From the NCBI GenBank assembly GCA_024398995.1, contig JAKSIE010000009.1:1539-65538 (forward strand): 64,000 bases of DNA. The letters run 5' to 3'. Under the pieces are notes generated by a model. It ran no database searches. It saw only the letters and a program-made list of their open reading frames with translations, and had not been told where the DNA came from. The translations under genes and the position numbers were made by a program. Source of the stretch: Fibrobacter sp. GTDB lineage: Bacteria; Fibrobacterota; Fibrobacteria; Fibrobacterales; Fibrobacteraceae. Shown here piece by piece: positions 25,180 to 33,937 of the stretch; position 1 is the first letter of the stretch; each line of letters opens with the position of its first letter.

Positions 25180-28100
25180 TTACGCAGTTTTGTGACGCAC
25201 GATCTTGTTCTTCACCTTGCTTGCGCCTCTCTTCACCTTATGGAAGATGGCATTGGGCAGCCAGAAGAAGGTGGGAATCAAGTACATGGTGAGAATTGCG
25301 GAAATGGCAAGGCCACCCACGCAAGCAATACCCATGGGCTGGGTCAATGCAGCCACGTCGCCACCGACTGCAAATGCCAACGGGAGCTGTGCCACGATGG
25401 ATGCCAAGGTTGCCAAGAGAATTGGCTGGAACTTTGCCTTTGCTGCAGTAAGCATTGCCGAACGACGTCCCATGGCTCCGCTACGGAGCAGTCGGTTTGC
25501 TTCATCCAGCAATAGAATAGCGTTGTTCACCACCACACCGATAAGCATAACGATTGCCATGAGGGACACCATGGAAAGAGTCTTTCCGGTAAGTACCAGG
25601 GAGAGAATCACACCGATAGCACCCATAGGAATGGTTGTCATGATGATGAAGGGCTGTGCGAAACTTTCCAGGAGGGCAACCAATAGAATGTAGGTCATGA
25701 GGATTGCCATGATGATTGCTGCGATGAATTCGTTCACCATGTCGTTCATCATGTCTGCATCGCCACCGAAACTGTAGGTCACGCCTTCGGGGATCTGGTC
25801 CTTCATGCCGTCGGCCATGGCTGTGAGCTTCTTCTGGATTTCGCCCGTGGTGTGTCCCGGAAGAAGGTTCATGGAAATGTCGATACGCATGCGTTTGCGC
25901 TTACGTTCAATCTTTGTAGGACCAGAACCGGTTTCGATATCGAAGAGGTCGCGGGCGGTTACATAGCCCTTGGGGGTCAGCATGGGAAGGTCGGCAATGT
26001 CGTTGTAGGTCATGCGGTCTTTTTCCTGCATGCGGACGTACACATCGTATTCTTCACCATTTTCAGAATAGGTACCAGCTTCGTAACCGCTAACGGCGAT
26101 GTAGTTGTAGGTTGCCTGTTGCTGCAAGGTAGTACCATAGTCGGCCAGGGCCTGGCGCTTCGGAACCAAGCGGATTTCCGGCTTACCGGCTTCGTAGCTG
26201 GACTTGACTTCGACCACGCCTTCAATGTTATCCAAGACAGAGGCCTTGAGCAATTCCGCAGCCTTGATCACGGAGTCGGCATGGAGGCCGTTCACTTCGA
26301 ACACCACGTCACCAGACTGGCCACCGCCCATCTGGGTTGTGGAGGAAGCCTTGATGGAAACATAGGCGTCGGGAATGTTTGCCAGGTAGGGGCGCAGGGA
26401 GTCTACGATTTCATCTGTGCTGCGATCGCGACCCTGACCACGCTTCAATAACTTGATACGCATCTTGGCTTGGCGGATGGAGGAGAAGCCGCTTTCGCCA
26501 CCAGCTGTAATGCTGTATCGTTCAATTTCCTTAAGATCCTTGAAGCGGTTTTCAATCACCTTGGAAATACTGTCTGTGGTCTGGATGTTTGTTCCTTCCG
26601 GCATTTCTACGGTAATGTCGATCATACCGCCGTCCTGCTTAGGCATCATTTCCACATTCAGGAAGTTCATGGCGAGCGTTGCCACAAACATGACCAGGGC
26701 GATAAGACCGCCAACCTGAATAAACACACCCGGAATGGACAGCGCAAAACTCAAGGTCTTGAGGTATACGAAACGGACTGCGTTCATGCACTTGGGGAAG
26801 ATTCCCATGATGGCGCTGAATATACGCACGATGATGTTGTGCTTTTCTTCGATGACGTTGCCGTTTTCGTCGAACTTCTTTCCCTTGAACAGGTAGGCCG
26901 CCATAAGCGGAGTCAGGGTGAAGGTAACCAACAGCGACACGAGAGTTGCGAACACCATGGTCATGCCGTAGGTCTTGAAGAAGATGCCTGCGATAGACTT
27001 CATGAAGGCAATAGGCACGAACACGCAAACGTTGGTCAAGGTAGAAGCCATGATGGCGATCATGATTTCCGATGTACCCTTGAGGGCCGCTTCCTTGGGG
27101 TTCAAACCTTCCATCAATTTCTGGTTGATGTTTTCAAGCACCACGATGGAGTTGGTCACCAACAAGCCCACCGCAGAAGATAGAGCCATCAAACTCATCA
27201 TGTTGATGCCGAATCCTGCGAAGTACATGAGGGTGAAGGAGCCAATCACGGAAATAGGCATGGTAAGAGCAGCGATGAACATCGTGGAGATCTTACCCAG
27301 GAACAGAAGAAGAAGAACGGAAGTTAGGACAATGGCGATGATGATATTCTGAATCACGTTATCGATGGATTCGGAAATACCTTCGGACTTGTCGTACACC
27401 AGGTGGAGCTCGAAACCTTCCGGCAGGGTCTTGTTGATTTGTTCCATGCGGCGGAGCACGCCCTTGGATACGTCCACTACATTAGCGTCGGAACGCTTTT
27501 TGATATCAAGAGAAACAGAGTTTTCGCCATTGAAACGGGAGGCGGACTTGATTTCCTTGACGGTGTCCTTGACTTGTGCGACTTCACCAAGCTTAATAAC
27601 TCCAGTTCCGGTAGGAATATCCAGGTTGCGGATTTCATCTAGGGACTTGAACTTACCTGCGGTACGGACCGTGGTGTTCTTCTTTGCGCCGTGAAGGTCG
27701 CCCACCGGGTTGTTGATGTTGGATGCCCCGTACAAGCCCATCATGGTGGCGATGTCCACGTTACGGTTCTTCAACATTTCCTTGTCAAGTTCAATGGAAA
27801 TTTCGCGGGTGGTACCACCGAAGATATCCACGCTAGCCACGCCCTTCACGGAGGTGAGCAACGGTTCAATGTTGTCTTCCACCATCTGGCGGAGTTCGGT
27901 GGAGTTGGTGGGACCGGTAAAGGAAAGTGACATCATGGCCTGACCGTTAATGTCAAGCTTGGAAATCACCGGAGCCTGGGCTGCATCGGGGAAGTCGAAT
28001 GCTGCCTGTTCAATCTTTGCACGGACATCGTTTGCTGCCACATCAACATTGGTACCCATCTGGAACATGGCAATGATGATACCGTAGTTTTCCATGCAGA

Positions 28101-28341
28101 GACCCTGGACGTAGTCGATACCGTCCACAAGTTCCACCTGTTCTTCGGAAGGTTTTACGATGGTTGATTCGATTTCTTCCGGATTGGCACCAGGATAGAC
28201 CACCACTGCGGTCACCACAGGCACTTCGAATTTCGGCATCAAGTCCACCACCATCATACGGTAGGTGTAGATACCGAACACCACCACGGTCAAGATGACC
28301 ATGAGCATGGTGATTGGTTTATAAATACTTGCCTTGATCAT
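25180..28341 (-). CDS. RND efflux transporter permease (AcrB/SwrC-like)
   Basis: 1053 aa; YPGANPEEIE, GLLVTNSIVVLENI, GVVVNNAILLLD, two-repeat TM architecture. Confidence 0.95.
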   Translation of the reverse strand: MIKASIYKPITMLMVILTVVVFGIYTYRMMVVDLMPKFEVPVVTAVVVYPGANPEEIESTIVKPSEEQVELVDGIDYVQGLCMENYGIIIAMFQMGTNVDVAANDVRAKIEQAAFDFPDAAQAPVISKLDINGQAMMSLSFTGPTNSTELRQMVEDNIEPLLTSVKGVASVDIFGGTTREISIELDKEMLKNRNVDIATMMGLYGASNINNPVGDLHGAKKNTTVRTAGKFKSLDEIRNLDIPTGTGVIKLGEVAQVKDTVKEIKSASRFNGENSVSLDIKKRSDANVVDVSKGVLRRMEQINKTLPEGFELHLVYDKSEGISESIDNVIQNIIIAIVLTSVLLLLFLGKISTMFIAALTMPISVIGSFTLMYFAGFGINMMSLMALSSAVGLLVTNSIVVLENINQKLMEGLNPKEAALKGTSEIMIAIMASTLTNVCVFVPIAFMKSIAGIFFKTYGMTMVFATLVSLLVTFTLTPLMAAYLFKGKKFDENGNVIEEKHNIIVRIFSAIMGIFPKCMNAVRFVYLKTLSFALSIPGVFIQVGGLIALVMFVATLAMNFLNVEMMPKQDGGMIDITVEMPEGTNIQTTDSISKVIENRFKDLKEIERYSITAGGESGFSSIRQAKMRIKLLKRGQGRDRSTDEIVDSLRPYLANIPDAYVSIKASSTTQMGGGQSGDVVFEVNGLHADSVIKAAELLKASVLDNIEGVVEVKSSYEAGKPEIRLVPKRQALADYGTTLQQQATYNYIAVSGYEAGTYSENGEEYDVYVRMQEKDRMTYNDIADLPMLTPKGYVTARDLFDIETGSGPTKIERKRKRMRIDISMNLLPGHTTGEIQKKLTAMADGMKDQIPEGVTYSFGGDADMMNDMVNEFIAAIIMAILMTYILLVALLESFAQPFIIMTTIPMGAIGVILSLVLTGKTLSMVSLMAIVMLIGVVVNNAILLLDEANRLLRSGAMGRRSAMLTAAKAKFQPILLATLASIVAQLPLAFAVGGDVAALTQPMGIACVGGLAISAILTMYLIPTFFWLPNAIFHKVKRGASKVKNKIVRHKTA

Positions 28342-28359
28342 TCAGAAACTCTCCCTGGA

Positions 28360-29415
28360 TTAGTCTTCCAACACGAGAATCTTGTCGCCGTCGTTCATTC
28401 TGGACTGGCCTTCTACGAGAACCATGTCGCCTTCGTTAATGCCTTCGAGAACCTGGACATCTTTTTCGGTCATGACGCCCAACTTGACGATCTTACGCTT
28501 GGCCTTGCCTTCTTCATCCATGATCCACATGTAGTTCACACCGTTACGGTAAACCACTGCGTCGTTGGGGATGATGAGGCCGTTGACCTGGCCTGCGTTG
28601 ATTTCTGCATTGAGGTACATGCCCGGGAGGAGCTGACGCTTCTTGTTGTTGAAGGTGACTTCAACCGGGAAGAAACGGGTCTGAGGCTGTGCTGCCAGAG
28701 GAATGAGGGTGACCTTTCCTTCGAACTTCTGTCCGTTCAGGTTGATGGTTGCTGTTGCACCCTTCTTGAAGAGGCCGATATCCTGAGTAGTAACGTTCAG
28801 CTTGAGGATAACCTTGTCCAGCTTGGCGATGGTGCAGAGAACGCCACCTACGCCAGGAACCTGGCCAACCTGGTAGTTCATGTTGATGACTGTGCCGGAA
28901 GAAGGAGCCAGAATCTTGCTTGCGCGGCGGGCTGTTTCCAATCCCATCTTTGCAATCTTCAGCTGCATTTCCTGGGAGTCCATGTCCTGCTGGGAAATAC
29001 CGCCCTTGGCGTGAAGGTCGCGCATGCGTTCGGTGACCTTTTCCAGAAGGGCGACTTGTTCCTGGGCCTGCTGGTAGGCGGTGTTATCGCCAGTAAAGAC
29101 GTATTCGGCGAGAACCTGGTCCTTCTTGACGTTGCTGCCGACCTGGACGTTGATCTTTGCCAGAGGGTCGCTCATCTTGGAAATGACGTAATTTTGCTGG
29201 GCGCCTTCGATGGTGCCGCTGAACTTACGAATGTCGTTCATCTTGGCAACGGTTGCCTTCACGACGCGTGCGGGCTTGCCTTTTTCTGCCTGGATTTCTT
29301 CAATAGTGGAAGCTTTCTTTTCCTGCTGTTCGCCCGGTTTCTTCATCATGTCGCAGCCTGTGAAAAGGAGCGAGAGGGCTGCCAAAGTAATAAAGGATTT
29401 CGTGATGTTTTTCAT
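28360..29415 (-). CDS. RND efflux periplasmic adaptor (MFP) lipoprotein
   Basis: Lipobox LFTGC, lipoyl-like halves, LLPGMY, GINEGDMVLVEG. Confidence 0.92.
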   Translation of the reverse strand: MKNITKSFITLAALSLLFTGCDMMKKPGEQQEKKASTIEEIQAEKGKPARVVKATVAKMNDIRKFSGTIEGAQQNYVISKMSDPLAKINVQVGSNVKKDQVLAEYVFTGDNTAYQQAQEQVALLEKVTERMRDLHAKGGISQQDMDSQEMQLKIAKMGLETARRASKILAPSSGTVINMNYQVGQVPGVGGVLCTIAKLDKVILKLNVTTQDIGLFKKGATATINLNGQKFEGKVTLIPLAAQPQTRFFPVEVTFNNKKRQLLPGMYLNAEINAGQVNGLIIPNDAVVYRNGVNYMWIMDEEGKAKRKIVKLGVMTEKDVQVLEGINEGDMVLVEGQSRMNDGDKILVLED

Positions 29416-29432
29416 TTTCTTCCTCTTATCTC

Positions 29433-30875
29433 TTAATATTCACCAGTAGCCTGGAGCAAGGCTATGTATGCGTTGTTCCAGTTCAAAACAGCTTCAACGT
29501 AGTTGAGTTTAGTGCTACGGAGGCTCATGTTGGCGTTCATCAGGTTCAGCTGAGTTTCGCGGCCGAGTTTGTAGGCTGCTTCTGTAAGTTCGTAGTTCCT
29601 TGTTGCCAAGTCCACCTGGCGCTTCTGGATTTCCAACTGCTGGACTGCGTCTTCCAAGGTGTTTGCGCAGGATTCGATTTGGAGACGGAATCCGCGGAGA
29701 GCGGTTTCCTTCTGGATTTGGGTGCTACGGAGCTTGGACTTTGCCTGAGCCACGCTTTCCTGGGTTTTCATACCGTTGAAAAGATTCATGGTGAGGTTCA
29801 GGAACACGGCCTTGGTAAGTTTGCTCCACTTGGGGGCATCCCACTTGTAGAATTCATTTTGCTTGTTGCTGTAGCCGATCTTACCGCCTGCTACGATAGT
29901 GGGCTTGAAACCACCGCGTTCAATTTCGACGTTGCCGCTCAACATTTCTTCGGAAGCTTCCAGCATGACCAGTTCCTTACGACGCTTCGTGACGTTTGCC
30001 ATGGAAGTATCCGGGAACGGATGTTCTTCTTCGGGATTTCTGAATTCTCCGGTAAACTTTACGTCTGCGTCGTAGTCAAGGCCCATGGTGTTGAGCAAGG
30101 CGTTGCGGGCAAGAACCTGGGATTTCTTGAGTTTTTCAAGGTCGGACTTGAGGCCGTCCAGAACCAGCTGGGTACGGATCAGGTCCATTTCGGTTGCCAT
30201 GCCGCTGGTGACTGACTGCTGGACGAAATCCAGGTTGGTCTGTGTTAACTCGATGCTAGCTTCCATGATGGCTACTGCAGAGTCCAAATAAAGTAGCTGG
30301 TTGAAGGAACTTTCCACGTTGTAGCGGACCGTGGACTTTGCGTTATCCAGGGTTACTTCCTGCAATTTTCTGTAGGTTTTGGCGATTTCGATGCCTGTTC
30401 CAACCTTGCCTGCGGCGTAAAGAATCTGGGTCACGGAAAGATCTACGCTGGACTGCCAACGATATGCCTGGGCCAAGGCCTGGCTTGTAGACTTGTCAAG
30501 AGCCGAGGCGACAACGCCGTCGAAGTCGGTAGGCATTGGGGTTCCATCGGGGCCAGTTATCCAGCCGGAATTATCGGGGTAATACTTGTTGTAGGTGTCG
30601 GTCATGACGGTGAAGGGCTTTACGTCCTTCATACCGAAAATACGGGTGACAGTAGCGTTCAAGTCTACGGAGGGGTAGGCGTTGCCGTAGCCTGCGTCTA
30701 CTTGAGACTGGGCTGCCTTCAGGTCTTCTTCCGCGGTTTTGATTTCGGAAGAATTCTCCATAGCAATCTTTATGGCCTCTTCGCGGGTATAAACCTGTCC
30801 GGCGAAGGTCTGGGCTGCCATGCTAAGGACGATTGTAGCGGCCATGGTGGCCGAAATTCCAAAATGCCTAGACAT
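29433..30875 (-). CDS. TolC-family outer membrane efflux protein
   Basis: Signal peptide, helical repeats, YPSVDL and FKPTI strands; first gene of the OMF-MFP-RND operon. Confidence 0.9.
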   Translation of the reverse strand: MSRHFGISATMAATIVLSMAAQTFAGQVYTREEAIKIAMENSSEIKTAEEDLKAAQSQVDAGYGNAYPSVDLNATVTRIFGMKDVKPFTVMTDTYNKYYPDNSGWITGPDGTPMPTDFDGVVASALDKSTSQALAQAYRWQSSVDLSVTQILYAAGKVGTGIEIAKTYRKLQEVTLDNAKSTVRYNVESSFNQLLYLDSAVAIMEASIELTQTNLDFVQQSVTSGMATEMDLIRTQLVLDGLKSDLEKLKKSQVLARNALLNTMGLDYDADVKFTGEFRNPEEEHPFPDTSMANVTKRRKELVMLEASEEMLSGNVEIERGGFKPTIVAGGKIGYSNKQNEFYKWDAPKWSKLTKAVFLNLTMNLFNGMKTQESVAQAKSKLRSTQIQKETALRGFRLQIESCANTLEDAVQQLEIQKRQVDLATRNYELTEAAYKLGRETQLNLMNANMSLRSTKLNYVEAVLNWNNAYIALLQATGEY

Positions 30876-30948
30876 GAATTCTCCTATATTATTTTTTACG
30901 GCCCAAATGTAAAAATTTCGTATAAAAATGAAAAGGCTATAAATGGAG

Positions 30949-30980
30949 TTTGCCGATGAAATGCTTTATTTGCCGATGAA
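30949..30980. promoter_or_regulatory. Direct-repeat putative regulator site upstream of the efflux operon
   Basis: TTTGCCGATGAA at 30949-30960 and 30969-30980 (20-bp period). Confidence 0.6.
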
Positions 30981-31072
30981 TTGTAACCGGTGTCATAGTT
31001 TGTAGCGAAAATTTGCGAAAAAATAAGCAAAAAAACGCAAGAAAATGCAAAGAAACTACCTGTCCATTATGC

Positions 31073-31101
31073 AAAAAAACACCCCCGAAAGGGTGCTTTT
31101 T
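31073..31101. terminator. Terminator downstream of ybaB
   Basis: AAAAAAA-CACCC-CCGAAA-GGGTG-CTTTTT. Confidence 0.6.
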
Positions 31102-31136
31102 ATATGAAATCCGATGCTTGTTTGGGCAAGAATCAA

Positions 31137-31445
31137 TTACATCATGCCGGGGATCTTCATGCCGCCGGTAATGTCAGAGATGCTGGACTGGGTGGCTTCA
31201 TCTTTTTTCTTGACGGCAGCGTTGATGGCGGCCATGAGCAGGTCTTCCAAAGCTTCGACGTCGTCCTTGTCCACAGCGTCGGGGTTGATCTTGATCATGG
31301 TGACCACGCCCTTACCGTTCATGGCGACCTTGACCATGCCACCACCGGCTTCTGCTTCGAAGCTGGTTGCCTTCAGGTCGTTCTGGGCCTTCATCATCTT
31401 GCTCTGCATCTTCTGAAGGTCTCTCAACATTTTGCTCATATCCAT
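31137..31445 (-). CDS. ybaB: YbaB/EbfC nucleoid-associated protein
   Basis: EAGGGMVKV, DDVEALEDLLMAAINAA; canonical position after dnaX. Confidence 0.93.
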   Translation of the reverse strand: MDMSKMLRDLQKMQSKMMKAQNDLKATSFEAEAGGGMVKVAMNGKGVVTMIKINPDAVDKDDVEALEDLLMAAINAAVKKKDEATQSSISDITGGMKIPGMM

Positions 31446-31512
31446 AAGATTTATTCCTTTGATTTTTGGTTTTTCTACTTAAACTTATAAAATTTGTCGA
31501 TTTCCAGGGTGG

Positions 31513-33321
31513 CTAGTCCCGTTCCTGGTCTTGAATCTGCTCGTCGGTCTGTGCTTCGATGACCTGTTTCTTGACCTTGGCGGTATAAATGAGTTCCGCG
31601 TTGAATACGTCAACGAGTCGTGCGATGCCGGAGTCGTTCTGTTTGTCCAGCTCGAAGGGGCTTAGCTGGGCTTGACGCTTCATGTTGAGCTCGTTTTCGG
31701 TGTAGGCGCGGGCTTGGATAGAAAGCACCACAGGCGTTTGCAGGTTGTCTTCTAGAATCTGCTTGAGACGGTCCAGGTACTCCGGGTGTTCTTCCATCTG
31801 GCGGATTCCCCAGTTGTCGCCATTGGCGGTGTCGCCCACATAGGTCAGCATAATGGGGAAGGGGGTTTCCTGCAGGTTTCCTGTTTCCAGGACAGTATCG
31901 TTCAAAGCCACAGAGAAAGTGAAGTCGAAATCGTCGGCAATGCGAGCCTTGATGGAGTTCCAGGCTGCTGCGATTTCGTAACGGGAATAGGCGGGGGCGT
32001 TTCCGTAGTTTACGGTGTCGCTGAAATTGTCTGCGCTATAACCGCCAGCAATACCCTCCTGCATGGCTGCAAAGGGATTTTCATTCTTCTGCCGGAGCGC
32101 CTTGGCTTCTTCCTGGGCGTCCAACATGGTGCTGACTTCAGTTACTTTTTTTTTTAACGCCTCTTGGTCGGCGGAACCGGAGGCTTTTGTGGGGTCGTTG
32201 ATGGCGGCAAGTGCGCGTCGCAGGTCCGTCAAGTGATCCAGCCAGGCCATGCGGGCGAAGGTTGTTTCAACTAATAGACGGGGGTTGGTGCTGTAGCGGA
32301 GAGCTGCCTGTAGGTCGATGAGCATCTTGCTGATTCGCAGGATGTCGCCGTTCTTGAGGCCCGGTACAGAACTCTTGTACTTGGTGTAAAGTTCTTCGGA
32401 AACGTTGAGCACGTCGGGGGTGAAGGCGTCCAGACGGGTGTACAGCAAATTGCGGAGGAACTTGCCGAAACCATCCAAGAGCGGGGTGAATTCGATACCG
32501 CGCTTGCAGGCGTCATCTACCATCTTGAAACAGGCCTTGAGGTCGTGGGCTTCGATGGCGTTGATCAAAGTAAAGAACAGTTCTACGGGAGGAATGCCCA
32601 GAACGCTACGGACGGCGTCTGCGGTCATTTCGCTACCGGTAAAGGCGTAAGCCTGGTCGAAGTAGGTGAGGCCATCACGCATGGAACCATCTGCCTTTTC
32701 GGCAAAGACGTCCAAAGTTTCGTCGGAGGCGTTGATGTTCTCCTGTTCGCAAATGAAACGGAGGCGGCTGCGGACCTGCTCAACGGAGAGGCGCTTGAAG
32801 TCGAAACGCTGCACGCGGCTAAGGATCGTCTGGGGCACCTTGTTGACTTCTGTAGTGGCGAAGATAAAGATTACATGTTCAGGCGGTTCTTCAAGAGTCT
32901 TCAGCAATGCGTTGAAGGCGCCGGTAGAGAGCATGTGGACTTCGTCGATAATAAAGATCTTGTACTTGCCGATAACGGGCGGATACTGCACACGTTCAAT
33001 CACGTCGCGGATGTTGTCGACACCGGTATTGGAGGCAGCGTCGATTTCAAACACGTCCATGGGGTTGCCGCTGGCAAAATCCTTACAGCTGGGGCATTCG
33101 CCACAGGGATGCAACGGGTCGCCGCCGGTGCAGTTCAAAGTGCGGGCAAGGATACGGGCACTGGTGGTCTTACCTACGCCGCGGGTTCCGGTGAACAGGA
33201 ATGCATGATGCAAACGTCCCCCTTCAATTGCGTTCTGAAGGGTTTGTGCGATATGTTCCTGACCAACCATGTCAGAGAAAGACTGCGGACGCCACTTTCG
33301 GGCCATTGCTACGTATGCCAT
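31513..33321 (-). CDS. dnaX: DNA polymerase III subunit gamma/tau
   Basis: ARKWRPQSFSDMVGQEH, GTRGVGKTT, Zn-cluster Cys, IIDEVHMLS, FNALLKTLEEPP. Confidence 0.97.
   Translation of the reverse strand: MAYVAMARKWRPQSFSDMVGQEHIAQTLQNAIEGGRLHHAFLFTGTRGVGKTTSARILARTLNCTGGDPLHPCGECPSCKDFASGNPMDVFEIDAASNTGVDNIRDVIERVQYPPVIGKYKIFIIDEVHMLSTGAFNALLKTLEEPPEHVIFIFATTEVNKVPQTILSRVQRFDFKRLSVEQVRSRLRFICEQENINASDETLDVFAEKADGSMRDGLTYFDQAYAFTGSEMTADAVRSVLGIPPVELFFTLINAIEAHDLKACFKMVDDACKRGIEFTPLLDGFGKFLRNLLYTRLDAFTPDVLNVSEELYTKYKSSVPGLKNGDILRISKMLIDLQAALRYSTNPRLLVETTFARMAWLDHLTDLRRALAAINDPTKASGSADQEALKKKVTEVSTMLDAQEEAKALRQKNENPFAAMQEGIAGGYSADNFSDTVNYGNAPAYSRYEIAAAWNSIKARIADDFDFTFSVALNDTVLETGNLQETPFPIMLTYVGDTANGDNWGIRQMEEHPEYLDRLKQILEDNLQTPVVLSIQARAYTENELNMKRQAQLSPFELDKQNDSGIARLVDVFNAELIYTAKVKKQVIEAQTDEQIQDQERD
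32138..32157 (-). other. Putative slippage/frameshift site in dnaX (A10)
   Basis: Coding strand TTA AAA AAA AAA GTA ACT GA; TAA and TGA close the two shifted frames. Confidence 0.75.
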
Positions 33322-33442
33322 GGCTGTAAGTATAGAAAAAAAGCCGAGAGCTGTGAGTTTTGAGTAGTGAGTTTGGTGCGGATAAGGCTAATCCGCTGAT
33401 TTTTGCGATTTGAATGTTTTTTTTGTAGTATTTTTTTGCGAT

Positions 33443-33684
33443 TTGACTGACTAAAACTTGAATTTTGTGGTGGTGGTTAGTTTAATTTTGAATAAATTAA
33501 TCAAAAAAATTGTGTTACGGAGCGTGAAATTTGTCTTTTCTTGGCGTTGAAGGTGGTAATATTGAAATTTTTGACTGACCAAAAACGCTAATGATGTTTT
33601 TTGGTTAGTCTATTTTTATTTTAGTATTGCAGATAAAGTAAAAGTTGACTGACGTGATGGTCCTTATTTGTGTTTTAATCAGTC
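33443..33684. repeat. Array of three 38-bp units with palindromic ends (GACTGAC-N24-RTYAGTY)
   Basis: Units 33445-33482, 33573-33610, 33647-33684, each preceded by TT. Confidence 0.7.
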
Positions 33685-33937
33685 GTTTTGATGATTTTCT
33701 TGTTTTGCGCAGGTTATAGCGAGTCTTGTCGCCTCTGGTTTTGTATATTAAAGGTGAATTTAAGGACATGCGGATATTCGCTTTCCCCTATATTTTTTTA
33801 TATCCCAATATTTTATTTGATTGCACGGGCCCGCTTTGAAGCTCCTATTTTGGGGAGTCATTTTGAAACCGTTAGATGCCTGGTTTGAGCCACCCCCTCA
33901 TGATGGGGGGGGGCGTGTTAAGATTATAAGGGAATCT

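Noticed and set aside
33443-33684. CRISPR array interpretation of the 38-bp units
   Set aside because: Only the 7-9-bp ends are conserved, spacing is irregular (128, 74 bp), and there are no cas genes in the window.
33768-33839. 23-codon ORF MRIFAFPYIFLYPNILFDCTGPL after AAGGA
   Set aside because: Too short and unsupported; may be chance or a remnant.
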